Both the position numbers and the translations under genes were made by a program. The notes beneath the pieces are model-generated. The model did no database searches. It was not told the origin of the DNA and saw nothing but the letters and a program-made list of their open reading frames with translations. Positions 35,989 through 46,250 of a stretch of 64,000 nt of DNA are shown piece after piece (positions within the stretch are counted from its first letter, which is position 1; every line of letters begins with the position of its first letter). This stretch comes from an uncultured Gemmatimonadales bacterium (GTDB lineage: Bacteria > Gemmatimonadota > Gemmatimonadetes > Palauibacterales > Palauibacteraceae): NCBI GenBank assembly GCA_963783385.1, contig CAWANJ010000009.1, positions 192,001-256,000 on the forward strand. The letters run 5' to 3'.

Positions 35989-38844
35989 CTACGCTTGCAC
36001 GGTACCGGAAGTCGACGCGGCCAGCGTCTTCGCCAGGTGGTCCAGCGCCGCCTCCACGTCACCCATGAGGTGCACGCGGACCACGGCACGGCCGGCGTCG
36101 CGCAGGGCGCTCAGGTCGCCGAGCGACTGGGCCCGGTGGAGGGTGGCGAACCCGAACGGACAACCGGGGATGGGCAGGTCCGCGGCCTCGTCGGCCGTGA
36201 GAATCACGAAGCGGCCGGTGTCGGGTCCGCCCTTGTGGAGCTGGCCGGTCGAGTGCAGGTAGCGGGGCCCGTACCCCAGCGTGGTGGCAATCCCGAGCCG
36301 GTCACGGAGCCCCTGGCGCAGGCGCTCCAGGCGCGCCTCGCGCCCGGGCGTGCGCTGTACGTAGGCCAGCAGCGCCAGGTAGTCACCCGGGCGGGCAGCA
36401 TCCAGGAAGGCGGCCAGGCGCCCGCCCGGACCGCCGTCCTCGAGTCCGTCCTCGGCGTAGAGCGCCAGTCGCTCGTCCTCGGCGACCGGCGTGCCCTCGT
36501 CGAAGGAGCCACGGTCCTCCCACGCCTCGAGCAGCTCGCGCGTGCGGCGCTTGGCCGCCTCCACGTTGGGCTGGTCGAAGGCGTCGATGCCGAGGATGGA
36601 GCCCGCCGTCGCCGTGGCCATCTCCCACCGGTAGAACTCGGCCCCCAGACCCAGGGTGTCCTTCATCACGAGGCGAACCACGGGGTGGCCCGCCTCCTCG
36701 AGGGCGTCGAGCTTGCGGGATCGGTCGGCGTCCTCCTCGCCTGTCGTGCGCAGGTGCACGAACACGCGGTCGTCTCCGTACACGTCCGGATCCCCGAGCG
36801 GCTCGCCCTCGATTGGAACGAGGCCGGTGCCCTCCTTTCCCGTGCTCTCGGCCAGGAGCTGCTCGGCCCACGCGCCGAAGGCCGAGAGGGCGTCGGAGGT
36901 CACGAAGGTGACCTTGTCACGCCCCCGGCGGGCCAGCCGGCCGAGGACGGCACCGAGCTCGATGCCGGGGTTGGCCCCCGGCGGGAGCTCCGCGGCGCAG
37001 CTGCTGCGCATGCGCTCGGCCCGCTCGAGCAGGGTCTCGACATCGACACCCTGCAGCGCCATGGGGACGAGTCCGAAGTACGAGAGCGCCGAATAGCGGC
37101 CCCCGAAGTCGGTGGGGTTCTCGAACACGCGCCGGAACCCACGCTCGCGGCCTTCCTCGGCCAGGGGGGAGCCCGGGTCGGTGATCGCCGCGAAGCGGGA
37201 CCCCGTCTCCCGGCCGATCGCCTCCTCCAGCCACGCGTAGAAGGTGTGCGCCAGGCTGAGGGTCTCGGTCGTCGTGCCCGACTTGCTCGACACGAGGAAG
37301 AAAGACTTCTCGAGATCGATCGCGTCCCGGACGGCCCGCACCGCGTCGGGGTCGGTGTCGTCGAGGACGGTGAGGGTCGGCCAGCCGTCGGCCGATCCGA
37401 AGGTGGCGCGGCTCACGTCCGGTGCGAGGCTGCTCCCCCCCATTCCAAGGAGGACGACATCCCGGAAGCCCGCGTCCCGGATCTCGCCGGCGAAGGATCG
37501 GATCTCCCCGAGCTTCGCCATGAAGTCCGCGGGGGCGGTGAGCCAGCCCAGCCGGTCCCGCACCTCCGCAGCCTTGTCCGGATCGTCGGTCCACAGGGAG
37601 GCGTCCTTCGCGAACAGGCGCCGTCCGAACTGACGGGTGCCGAGGGCCTGGAGCACGTCGTCGACTCCGCGCCGGGCGGCACCGAGGGCCAGCGCCTGGC
37701 TCTCGCCCGAACGCCGGAGCGAGCGGGCCCGCTCCCGGGCCACGGTGGACAGGAGCTGGTCGAAGGGGGCGATGAACTTCTGCACCCCCTCGTTCATGAG
37801 CTGCCACGTGACGGCGTCGAAGTCGACGCCGGCCTCGCGCAGCCGGTCCATGGTGCGGCGGGCCTCGTCCATCCCGTCCGTCACCGTGTCGGCGACCGTG
37901 CCGTGGTCGGCGAAGGCGTCAATGGTAGCGTCGGGCAGGGTGTTCACCGTGTGCGGACCGATCAGGGGCTGGACGTAGCGCACGTCGCTGTACAGGGGGT
38001 CCTTGGTGCTGGTCGAGGCCCACAGCATGCGCTGGGGTCGGGCGCCCGCCTTCTCGAGCCGCCTCCAGCGGTCTCCCTCCAGGAGGTCGAGGAAGCTCCG
38101 GTAGGCGAGCTTCGCGTTGGCGATGCCGGCCCTTCCGAGGAGCTCCTCCGGGCGGAGCCCGGCGGTGGATCCCGGGATGATGTGGTGACCCAGGATCTCA
38201 TCCACGAGGACGTCGATGCGGCTGATGAAGAAGCTGGCCACCGAGGCCACGTCGTGCACCGACTTCCCCTCCTTCAGCCGGCGCTCCAGGGCCGACACGT
38301 ACGCCTTGGCCACGGCCTCGTAGGCGTCGATCGAGAACAGGAGGGTGATGTTCACGTTGACCCCCTCGTACAGCATCTGCTCGATGGCGGGCGTCCCGGC
38401 CGGCGTGCCGGGGATCTTGATGAGCAGGTTCGGACGGTCCACCGCCTCGAACAGCCGCCGGGCGTCCCGCATGGAGCCCTCGGTGTCGTGCGCCAGGTAT
38501 GGCGACAGCTCGAGGCTCACGAACCCGTCGGCTCCGTCGGACCCGTCGTAGACGGGCCGCAGGATGTCGCACGCGTCCCGGATGTCGGCCAGCACGAGCT
38601 GCTCGTAGATCTCGTACGGACCCAGGCCCTCCCGGGCGAGCTCGTCGATCTGCTCGGCGTACTCCTCGCCGCCCGAGATCGCCTTGTGGAAGATGGAGGG
38701 GTTGGAGGTGAGGCCCCGGAGGCCCTGCTCCGAGACCCGCCGCTCGAGCTCGCCGCTCCGGATCTTCCCCCGGGTCAGGTTGTCGAGCCAGTAGGACTGT
38801 CCGTACTCCAGGAGCTCCAGGAGAGGGTTCGTCTGGTCAGCCAT
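35989..38844 (-). CDS. Bifunctional transaldolase / phosphoglucose isomerase
   Basis: N-terminal GQSYWLD, TSNPSIF, IKIP, NITLLF, SFFISR, WASTSTK. C-terminal GMGGSSL, SSKSGTT, GGRYS, EQLLAESTGK, FDQPNVE, HSTGQLHKGG. Confidence 0.93.
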   Translation of the reverse strand: MADQTNPLLELLEYGQSYWLDNLTRGKIRSGELERRVSEQGLRGLTSNPSIFHKAISGGEEYAEQIDELAREGLGPYEIYEQLVLADIRDACDILRPVYDGSDGADGFVSLELSPYLAHDTEGSMRDARRLFEAVDRPNLLIKIPGTPAGTPAIEQMLYEGVNVNITLLFSIDAYEAVAKAYVSALERRLKEGKSVHDVASVASFFISRIDVLVDEILGHHIIPGSTAGLRPEELLGRAGIANAKLAYRSFLDLLEGDRWRRLEKAGARPQRMLWASTSTKDPLYSDVRYVQPLIGPHTVNTLPDATIDAFADHGTVADTVTDGMDEARRTMDRLREAGVDFDAVTWQLMNEGVQKFIAPFDQLLSTVARERARSLRRSGESQALALGAARRGVDDVLQALGTRQFGRRLFAKDASLWTDDPDKAAEVRDRLGWLTAPADFMAKLGEIRSFAGEIRDAGFRDVVLLGMGGSSLAPDVSRATFGSADGWPTLTVLDDTDPDAVRAVRDAIDLEKSFFLVSSKSGTTTETLSLAHTFYAWLEEAIGRETGSRFAAITDPGSPLAEEGRERGFRRVFENPTDFGGRYSALSYFGLVPMALQGVDVETLLERAERMRSSCAAELPPGANPGIELGAVLGRLARRGRDKVTFVTSDALSAFGAWAEQLLAESTGKEGTGLVPIEGEPLGDPDVYGDDRVFVHLRTTGEEDADRSRKLDALEEAGHPVVRLVMKDTLGLGAEFYRWEMATATAGSILGIDAFDQPNVEAAKRRTRELLEAWEDRGSFDEGTPVAEDERLALYAEDGLEDGGPGGRLAAFLDAARPGDYLALLAYVQRTPGREARLERLRQGLRDRLGIATTLGYGPRYLHSTGQLHKGGPDTGRFVILTADEAADLPIPGCPFGFATLHRAQSLGDLSALRDAGRAVVRVHLMGDVEAALDHLAKTLAASTSGTVQA

Positions 38845-38922
38845 GTCGCGTCGTCTCGTCCTCGGCAATGCCGACCTCGCGTCCGCCGCGGCGAGAGTCC
38901 CCGCGGCGTCGGTCGGGGCCGG

Positions 38923-39387
38923 TCAGGATTCCTCCATGCACATCGTCTCGCGTTCGATGGCCTCCACCTTGGCGAGGCGGCGCCGGTGCCGCTCGGCGCC
39001 GTCGAACCGCGCGGCCATGAACGTCGTGAGCACCTCCCGGGCAAGTTCGATTCCAATCACCCTCTCGCCCAGGCAGAGCACGTTCATGTCGTCGTGCTCG
39101 ACCCCCTGGTGCGCGGAGTAGGTGTCGTGGCACACACCGGCGCGGACGCCCGGGAACTTGTTGGCGGCGATGCTGACCCCCACGGCGCTTCCGCACACCA
39201 GCAGGCCACGCTCCGCCCGTCCCGCCACCAGCGCCCGCGCCACCGCCGCGGCGAAGTCCGGGAAGTCGACCGGCGCCTCCCCGTCCGTCCCCAGGTCCAG
39301 GACGTCGTGTCCGGCCTCGCGGAGCTGCTCGGCCAGGGCCTCCTTGTAGCGATAGCCCGCGTGGTCGGCTCCGACCGCCACCCGCAC
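38923..39387 (-). CDS. rpiB: Ribose-5-phosphate isomerase B
   Basis: GADHAG, CGSAVG, ANK.PGVRA, HDDMNVL, RH.RR..K. Confidence 0.93.
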   Translation of the reverse strand: MRVAVGADHAGYRYKEALAEQLREAGHDVLDLGTDGEAPVDFPDFAAAVARALVAGRAERGLLVCGSAVGVSIAANKFPGVRAGVCHDTYSAHQGVEHDDMNVLCLGERVIGIELAREVLTTFMAARFDGAERHRRRLAKVEAIERETMCMEES

Positions 39388-39389
39388 GG

Positions 39390-41471
39390 TCAGGCCTCCA
39401 GCAGGGCGCGCGCCCTGCGTGCCAGGTCGCCGGCCGTGAAGCCGAAATGCTCGTACAGCACCTTCCAGGGCGCGCTGGCCCCGAAGCGGTCCAGCCCGAT
39501 CACGTCGCCCGCGTCGCCGACCCACTCGCGCCAGCCGAAGGACGCGGCCGCCTCGATGGACACCCGCGCCGTCACCTCCGGCGGCAGCACCCGCTCCCGG
39601 TAGTCGGGCGGCTGCTCGCGGAACACCTCCCAGCATGGAAGGCTCACCACCCGCGCGTCGATCCCCTCGCCGGCCAGCTGCTCGCGCGCCTCCAGGGCGA
39701 TCCACACCTCGGAGCCCGTGGCCAGGAGGAGCACGTCCGGCCGCTCGCCGCGCTCGGCCGCCAGAACGTACCCGCCGCGGCGGGCTTCCTCGGCCGCGCC
39801 CAGCCCCGCGCGGTCGAGGATCGGCAGCTTCTGGCGCGACAGCACGAGCATGGTGGGGCCATCCTGGCGCTCCATGGCCATGCGCCAGGCCACCGCAGTC
39901 TCGTTGGCGTCGGCGGGCCGGATGACGTGCATGTGGGGCATGGCCCGCAGCGAGGCCAGGTGCTCCACGGGCTGGTGAGTGGGCCCGTCCTGGCCGAGCC
40001 CGATGGAGTCGTGCGTCATGATGAACACGGTCGGCAGCTCCATGAGCGCCGACAGCCGGATGCCGGGCCGCGCGTAGTCCGTGAACACGAAGAAGGTGGC
40101 CGCGTACGGGCGCACGCCGCCGTGGAGGGCCATGCCGGAGGACGCGGACGCCATGACGTGCTCGCGGATCCCCCAGTGCATGTTACGCTGGCCGTAGGAG
40201 CCCGCCTCGAAGTCCCCGGAGGCGTCCAGGAGCGACTTGTTGGAGCCGGCCAGGTCGGCGCTGCCCCCCATGACCCACGGGACCCGCTCCGCGAAGGCGT
40301 TGAGCACCTTCCCGGAGGCCGCGCGCGTCGCCATCGGGCCCTGGTCGGGTCGGAAGACGGGGATCGCCCCGTCCCAGCCGTCCGGTAGCTCGCCGCGCAG
40401 GGCCTGCTCGAAGGAAGCCGCCAGGTCCGGGTGGTCCCTCCGGTAGGCCTCCAGCCGTGCCTCCCAGGCCTCCCGCAGGTCGCGGCCCCGCTCCACGGCC
40501 CGCCCCATGTGCTCCCGCGCGCGCACAGGGACCAGGAACTTCGCGTCCTCGGGCCAGCCGTAGAAGCGCTTGGTCTCGCGGATCTCCTCCTCGCCGAGCG
40601 GCGAGCCGTGCGCGGCCGCGGTGTCCTGCTTGTGCGGCGCGCCCCATCCGATGTGGGAGCGCACGATGATGAGCGAGGGCCGCTCGGTCTCGTCGCGCGC
40701 CGTCTCCAGCGCCGCCGTGAGAGCGTCCACGTCGTTGGCCTTGTCGCCCAGCTCCTGCACGTGCCAGCCATACGCCTCGAAGCGGCCGGGCACGTCGTCG
40801 GAGTAGGCCAGCTTCGTGTTTCCCTCGATCGTGATGTGGTTGTCGTCGTAGACCCATACCAGCTTGCCCAGCCCCAGGTGGCCGGCGACCGAGGCCGCTT
40901 CGTGGGAGGCTCCCTCCATGAGGTCGCCGTCGCTGCAGAAGGCGTAGGTGTGGTGGTCCACGATGGTGTGACCGGGCCGGTTGAAGGTCGCGGCCAGGTG
41001 CGCCTCGGCGATGGCCATGCCGACCGAGTTCATGATGCCCTGGCCCAGGGGGCCGGTGGTGGTCTCGACGCCTGGCGTCACGTGGACCTCGGGGTGCCCG
41101 GGCGTCCGGCTCCCCCACTCCCGGAAGTTCTCGAGCTCCTCGAGCGACAGGTCGTAGCCGGTGAGGTGGAGGACGGCGTACTGCAGCATCGACGCGTGCC
41201 CGCAGGAGAGGACGAACCGGTCGCGGTCGAACCAGTCCGGCGCCTTCGGGTCGTAGCGGAGGACCCGGTCCCACAGGACGAAGGCCAGGGGGGCCAGCGC
41301 CATCGGCGTCCCCGGGTGGCCCGAGTCCGCCTTCTGCACGGCGTCCATGGCCAGGGTGCGGATCGTGTCGATGCAGAGCTTCTCGATGGGCCAGCCGTCG
41401 AGGTCGGGAGATCGGGCGCCGGCTGTCCCGGCCTGGTCCGTCGCGGTGGTGGCGCTGTCGGTCTCGCTCAA
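39390..41471 (-). CDS. tkt: Transketolase
   Basis: [62 protein letters not shown] start with GGGAG upstream. Confidence 0.96.
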   Translation of the reverse strand: MSETDSATTATDQAGTAGARSPDLDGWPIEKLCIDTIRTLAMDAVQKADSGHPGTPMALAPLAFVLWDRVLRYDPKAPDWFDRDRFVLSCGHASMLQYAVLHLTGYDLSLEELENFREWGSRTPGHPEVHVTPGVETTTGPLGQGIMNSVGMAIAEAHLAATFNRPGHTIVDHHTYAFCSDGDLMEGASHEAASVAGHLGLGKLVWVYDDNHITIEGNTKLAYSDDVPGRFEAYGWHVQELGDKANDVDALTAALETARDETERPSLIIVRSHIGWGAPHKQDTAAAHGSPLGEEEIRETKRFYGWPEDAKFLVPVRAREHMGRAVERGRDLREAWEARLEAYRRDHPDLAASFEQALRGELPDGWDGAIPVFRPDQGPMATRAASGKVLNAFAERVPWVMGGSADLAGSNKSLLDASGDFEAGSYGQRNMHWGIREHVMASASSGMALHGGVRPYAATFFVFTDYARPGIRLSALMELPTVFIMTHDSIGLGQDGPTHQPVEHLASLRAMPHMHVIRPADANETAVAWRMAMERQDGPTMLVLSRQKLPILDRAGLGAAEEARRGGYVLAAERGERPDVLLLATGSEVWIALEAREQLAGEGIDARVVSLPCWEVFREQPPDYRERVLPPEVTARVSIEAAASFGWREWVGDAGDVIGLDRFGASAPWKVLYEHFGFTAGDLARRARALLEA

Positions 41472-41531
41472 GTCGTGACTCCCGTTTAGGACTCGCGTGG
41501 CGCGGCTCGGCGGGGCGCTCCCGCCGCGACG

Positions 41532-41551
41532 GCTACGGCCGCGGCCGTAGC
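41532..41551. repeat. Perfect 20-bp palindrome upstream of tkt
   Basis: GCTACGGCCG|CGGCCGTAGC. Confidence 0.7.
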
Positions 41552-41679
41552 GCCGGGCGAGAGGCGATCCCTCCTTCGATATCCGCACTCCCCATCCGGC
41601 GCAAGAATGTCGCCAGCCGACGCGGACCGGAGGTGCGACCGCCGCCCCACGGCCGGCGCGTCCATCCGGCCCTCCCGTC

Positions 41680-44082
41680 TCACCGCGGCGGGACCACCTG
41701 CACCTCGAAGTCGCGGCCCTCCCACCGGTCGGCCTCGGTCCAGTGGAACGTGAAGGTGAGCGGGGCGCCGTCGGCCTTCCCGCCCTGCAGGTCGACGTAG
41801 TGGAGCCCGAGCGCCGTCGCCGTGGCGTCCGTGTCCCGGACCGTGGTCCAGCCGTCGTCGCTCCACCGGAGGCGGAAGGGCGCGGCCGCCACGATCCGGA
41901 GCTCCCATCCCTCGGGAACCGTCCGGGGCTGCCGGTTGAACTTCCACACCTCCAGGGGGCGGCAGTCCTTCCGGTTCACGTACCGGTCCCGCACGGCCGG
42001 GATCACGTCGAACACCTCTCCATCGGCCGCCGAGCGCAGCAGCTTCACGTACTCGCCGTGCGCCCACATGAGTGGCATGGCCGAACCGGTAGGGCAGCCC
42101 CGGAACAGAAACGCCTCGGGCACATCGTCGGCGTCCCACACCTGCTCCGGCAGGAGCCCGGTCGTGCTCGAGAATCCCTCCATGGCCGCGATGTAGGGGG
42201 CCGGGTCACGGCCGGCCGCGAGCTCGTAATGGCCCCTCTCGCCCGTGAGGAGCGGCCAGGCGCGCCCCCGGCCCCAGCTCAGGTACGGTCCCCCGTCGTC
42301 CCGCTGGCCGTAGCCATCGTGGTTGTATCGGTGCCAGCACGGGCCGAAGGGGGTCTCCACCCGGAGCACGGCGTCGACCACCCGAAGGGAGTCCTCGAAC
42401 AGGGGATCGCCGGCCGGGAAGATGCCGTAGCGGACCAGCTCGAGGAAGCCCGCGTCCACGACCTTCTCGGCGGGAAAGCGGACGGGCGTCCCGGGAGGAC
42501 GGTTGGCGATGGTCACGGTGCGCCCGTCCGGGCTCTCGGGCGGGTGGGGATCGTCGGGGTCGGCCGGGTTCACCCGCACGAAGTGGCGCGGGACGTCGGG
42601 CAGCAGGTCGCCGTGCTCGGTGACGGTCCACCGCGTCACGTGGCAGTGCAGGAAGTCGGCGTAAGCCTCGAGGAAGTCGGCCGTGGTCGCGTCGCCCCGC
42701 GCGCGCGCCATGCACGAGGCGCAGGTGAGCGCCGCGATGTTCGAGGCGAGGGTGGAGGGGGAGTAGCCGGACACCTCCTCCCAGCGGTCCTGGGGCGTCA
42801 CCGGGCCCTCGCGCATCAGGTAAGCTGCCGCGTCCAGCACCATGGGGTACGGGTCGAAGCCCTCGAGCGCACCCAGGGTGTCGAGCCGCCACGCCAGCAG
42901 GATGGGAAACGCGGTCTCGTCCAGCTGGATCCCCTGCCAGTACGCCGTGCCGTCCAGCCAGAAGTTCTGGTTGAAGCCCCCGTCGGGGCGCTGCACGCCG
43001 GCCAGGTAGATGAGGGCCCGGAGAGGAGTGGACACGTTGCCGGAGGCGAGGAGGGCGGTGGCGCTGTTCACCATGTCCCGGGTCCACACGAGGTGGTAGC
43101 CGCCCAGGTCGTCGTCGCCCATGTAGTCGCCCCACGGGATGCTGAGCGAGGCGATGAGAGCGCCCGGATAGGTCTTGTCCTCGTGGGCGAGCAGGAGGCT
43201 GTGGCTTCGCTCGTACAGGTGGCCCCCGTCCCCGGAGGCTCCTCCCAGGGAAATCATGTCATGGCACGCCCGGGTCCACTGGTCCTGGAAGCGGTCCAGC
43301 AGCTCCTCGGGATCCAGGGCGAGAGACTCGAGGAGCACGGTGATGGCGGCCTGCAGGCTGTCGCCGAAGGCGAGCCCCAGCGTGAACGGCTCGCCGGGGA
43401 CGAACTCGATCTGTCCGGTGACGGCCGTGTTGCCGTCCGGAGCCGAGTCGTACTCCCATTCCATGTCCATGTCATCGGACAGGTCCGTCCAGCCGTCCGA
43501 CGTGCCGACGTATCCGCACGACGTCCGGGCCAGGGGCACCGTGGCTCCGAGGGCGAGCCACGTGCCGCCCCGATGGGCGGTGAGGATGGTCCGTCCGGCC
43601 GCGCGCGCCACGTTCGCCGTGTTGTGTCGACCGCCCACGTCGAGGTGCGGGGCCAGGAGGGCGTAGAGCTTCGCCTCTCCCTCGATCCCCTCCGCCGGCT
43701 CGAACCAGGTCCGGGTGAGGACACAGGGAGCGTGCGGATCGGCGAACAGCTCCTTGACGATCCGGTAGCGGCCCTCAGGGTCCTGGTTCACGATCCGGTA
43801 GCCGAGAGGGTGCCCGTCGAGCGACTCCATGTGAGTGTCGGTGTTCCGGCGCTCGTCGTGGAAGAAGCTGTGCCCGTCGGTGACCATGAACTGGAGGTCC
43901 CTGATCTGGGGCCGGTCGATGGTGGGGAAGTAGACCTCGTTCAGGATCCCGGCCGATACGGTGAACCACACCTTGCTCGACACGGCGTACGCGGTTCCGA
44001 CGCCCTCCTTCGCGCTACGGGTCCAGCGCGGCTCGATGCCGGGGGCGCCGTGCGCCGGCTTCGAGTGCTTGAGATCGGCCAT
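41680..44082 (-). CDS. GH15 glucan 1,4-alpha-glucosidase (bacterial glucoamylase/glucodextranase type)
   Basis: [74 protein letters not shown]. Confidence 0.92.
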   Translation of the reverse strand: MADLKHSKPAHGAPGIEPRWTRSAKEGVGTAYAVSSKVWFTVSAGILNEVYFPTIDRPQIRDLQFMVTDGHSFFHDERRNTDTHMESLDGHPLGYRIVNQDPEGRYRIVKELFADPHAPCVLTRTWFEPAEGIEGEAKLYALLAPHLDVGGRHNTANVARAAGRTILTAHRGGTWLALGATVPLARTSCGYVGTSDGWTDLSDDMDMEWEYDSAPDGNTAVTGQIEFVPGEPFTLGLAFGDSLQAAITVLLESLALDPEELLDRFQDQWTRACHDMISLGGASGDGGHLYERSHSLLLAHEDKTYPGALIASLSIPWGDYMGDDDLGGYHLVWTRDMVNSATALLASGNVSTPLRALIYLAGVQRPDGGFNQNFWLDGTAYWQGIQLDETAFPILLAWRLDTLGALEGFDPYPMVLDAAAYLMREGPVTPQDRWEEVSGYSPSTLASNIAALTCASCMARARGDATTADFLEAYADFLHCHVTRWTVTEHGDLLPDVPRHFVRVNPADPDDPHPPESPDGRTVTIANRPPGTPVRFPAEKVVDAGFLELVRYGIFPAGDPLFEDSLRVVDAVLRVETPFGPCWHRYNHDGYGQRDDGGPYLSWGRGRAWPLLTGERGHYELAAGRDPAPYIAAMEGFSSTTGLLPEQVWDADDVPEAFLFRGCPTGSAMPLMWAHGEYVKLLRSAADGEVFDVIPAVRDRYVNRKDCRPLEVWKFNRQPRTVPEGWELRIVAAAPFRLRWSDDGWTTVRDTDATATALGLHYVDLQGGKADGAPLTFTFHWTEADRWEGRDFEVQVVPPR

Positions 44083-44263
44083 CCGTCCTCCCTATCGTTG
44101 ACACGCCGGCGACCCCCCGTTCCCCCGGGGCGCGCCGGACGGGCGTGGCGCCTCCGGCGCAAATCCTGCGCCCGCGCGAAAGTGCGAGGGCCCGCGCCGC
44201 CACGCCGCCTGGCGGGTGCCGCGGGAGACCAGGAACCGCAGGACGGAGGACGCGATCTCACCC

Positions 44264-46250
44264 GTGACCACTGTGCCCGATGACGGCCGACGGAGAGTCG
44301 TGATCGAGGGTGTCGAGCCGCAGATCGAGGCGGGCCGCCACCCCATCAAGCGGGTGGCGGGGGACCCGGTCACGGTCAGGGCCGACGTGTTCGCCGACGG
44401 CCACGAGCAGGTGACCTGCGAGCTCCTCCACCGGCCAGCCGAGCGTCCGGAGCTGGCGCTCGGTGCGCATGCATCCGCTGGGCAACGACCGCTTCGAGGC
44501 CAGCTTCGAGACCTCCGCCGTGGGTGAGCACCTGTACACGGTGCGGGGCCGGGTCGACGCGTTCTCCACGTGGCGCGACGACCTCGAGAAGAGGGTCGAC
44601 GCCGGACAGGTGGTCGACCAGGAGCTGCTCGTCGGCGCCTCGCTGGTCGAGTCGGCGGCCGCGCGCGCCCGCGAAGCGGGACACCCCGGCGAGGCGGATC
44701 GGCTGACCGAGCTGGCGGCGCGGATCGCACGGAACGGAGGGACCGCCTCCGCGCTCGAGAACAGCCTCTCGGTGGCCCTGAGCGCCGAGCTCTCCCACCT
44801 GATGGCCGACCACCCGGACGACGCCCATGCCACGCTCTACGAGCGCGAGCTGCGCGTGACCGTGGACCGGGAGCGCGCCGGATTCAGCGCATGGTACGAG
44901 CTGTTTCCCCGGTCGTGCGCCGGGGAGCCGGGACGGCACGGGACCTTCCGTGACGTCGAGCGTCTCCTGCCCCGCGTCGGCGACATGGGCTTCGACGTGC
45001 TCTACCTGCCGCCGATCCACCCGATCGGCAGGACGAATCGCAAAGGGCCTGACAACCGGTCGGAGGCGCGTCCGGGCGACCCGGGAAGCCCCTGGGCCAT
45101 CGGCTCGAGGGAGGGCGGCCACAAGGCGGTCCACCCCGACCTGGGCACCATCGAGGACTTCGAGGCCCTGGTCGAGTCCGCCCGGACGGAAGGACTGGAG
45201 ATAGCCCTCGACCTGGCGTTCCAGTGCTCCCCGGACCATCCGTACGTGCGCGACCACCCCGAATGGTTCCGGCATCGGCCCGACGGGTCGATCCGGCACG
45301 CCGAGAACCCGCCCAAGCGGTACGAGGACATCGTGCCCTTCGACTTCGAGTGCGAAACGTGGCGGGCTCTCTGGGAGGAGCTGCTGTCGGTGGTGAGGTT
45401 CTGGATGGCGCGGGGTGTCCGCATCTTCCGCGTGGACAACCCCCATACCAAGCCGTTCGCGTTCTGGGAATGGCTCCTGGGCCGCGTGCGGGAGACCGAC
45501 CCGGATGTTCTCTTCCTCTCCGAGGCCTTCACGCGTCCCAGGGTCATGTATCGGCTGGCCGCCCTCGGCATGACGCAGTCCTACACCTACTTCACGTGGC
45601 GGAACCACAAGGCGGAGCTCCAAGAGTACTTCACCGAGCTCGCCGCTTCGCCCGTGCGGGAGTACTTCAGGCCCAACCTGTGGCCCAACACACCCGACAT
45701 CCTGCATGAGTACCTGCAGTCGGGCGGACCTCCGGCCTTCAGGGTGCGTGCCCTCCTGGCCGCCACGCTGGCGGCCAACTGGGGCATCTACGGCCCGGCC
45801 TTCGAGCTGTGCGAGAACGTACCGCGCCAGGCGGGCAGCGAGGAGTATCTGCACTCGGACAAGTACGAGATCCGGGTGCGGCAGGAGGGAGACCCCCACG
45901 GCGTCGCGGCTCTCGTCGGCCGGCTCAACCGCATCCGCCGCGAGCATCCCGCGCTCCGGAGCGACCGGGGCCTGGTCTTCCACGAGGTCGACGATGACCA
46001 GCTGCTGGCTTACAGCAGGTGCGACGCGGACGGGAAGGACCGCCTCCTGGTCGTCGTGAACCTGGATCCGTTCCACGCTCACGAGGGCTTCGTCGAGCTG
46101 GACTTCGAGCCGCTCCACCTCGGGGTGGACGCCGATGTCCGGGTCGAGGACCTGCTCACCGGAGAGTCGTTCGCGTGGCACGGCGCCCGCAACTGGGTGA
46201 GGCTCGACCCGGCCGAGCGCCTGGGCCATCTGTTCCGGGTGGAGGGCTAG
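44264..46250 (+). CDS. glgE: Alpha-1,4-glucan:maltose-1-phosphate maltosyltransferase (apparent +1 frameshift ~44450)
   Basis: VVIEGVEP...ADVFADGH in one frame, then WYELFPRS, YLPPIHPIG, GSPWAIG, AENPPKRYEDI, FRVDNPHTKP, EAFTRP, NTPDIL in the next. Confidence 0.93.

Noticed and set aside
35995-39603. Very long antisense or alternate-frame ORFs (for example 1202 aa here, 1106 aa at 21197-24517, 1020 aa at 3467-6529)
   Set aside because: They are shadow ORFs of real genes, caused by stop-codon scarcity at high GC. They are Arg/Gly/Pro-rich or mirror-frame and carry no motifs.
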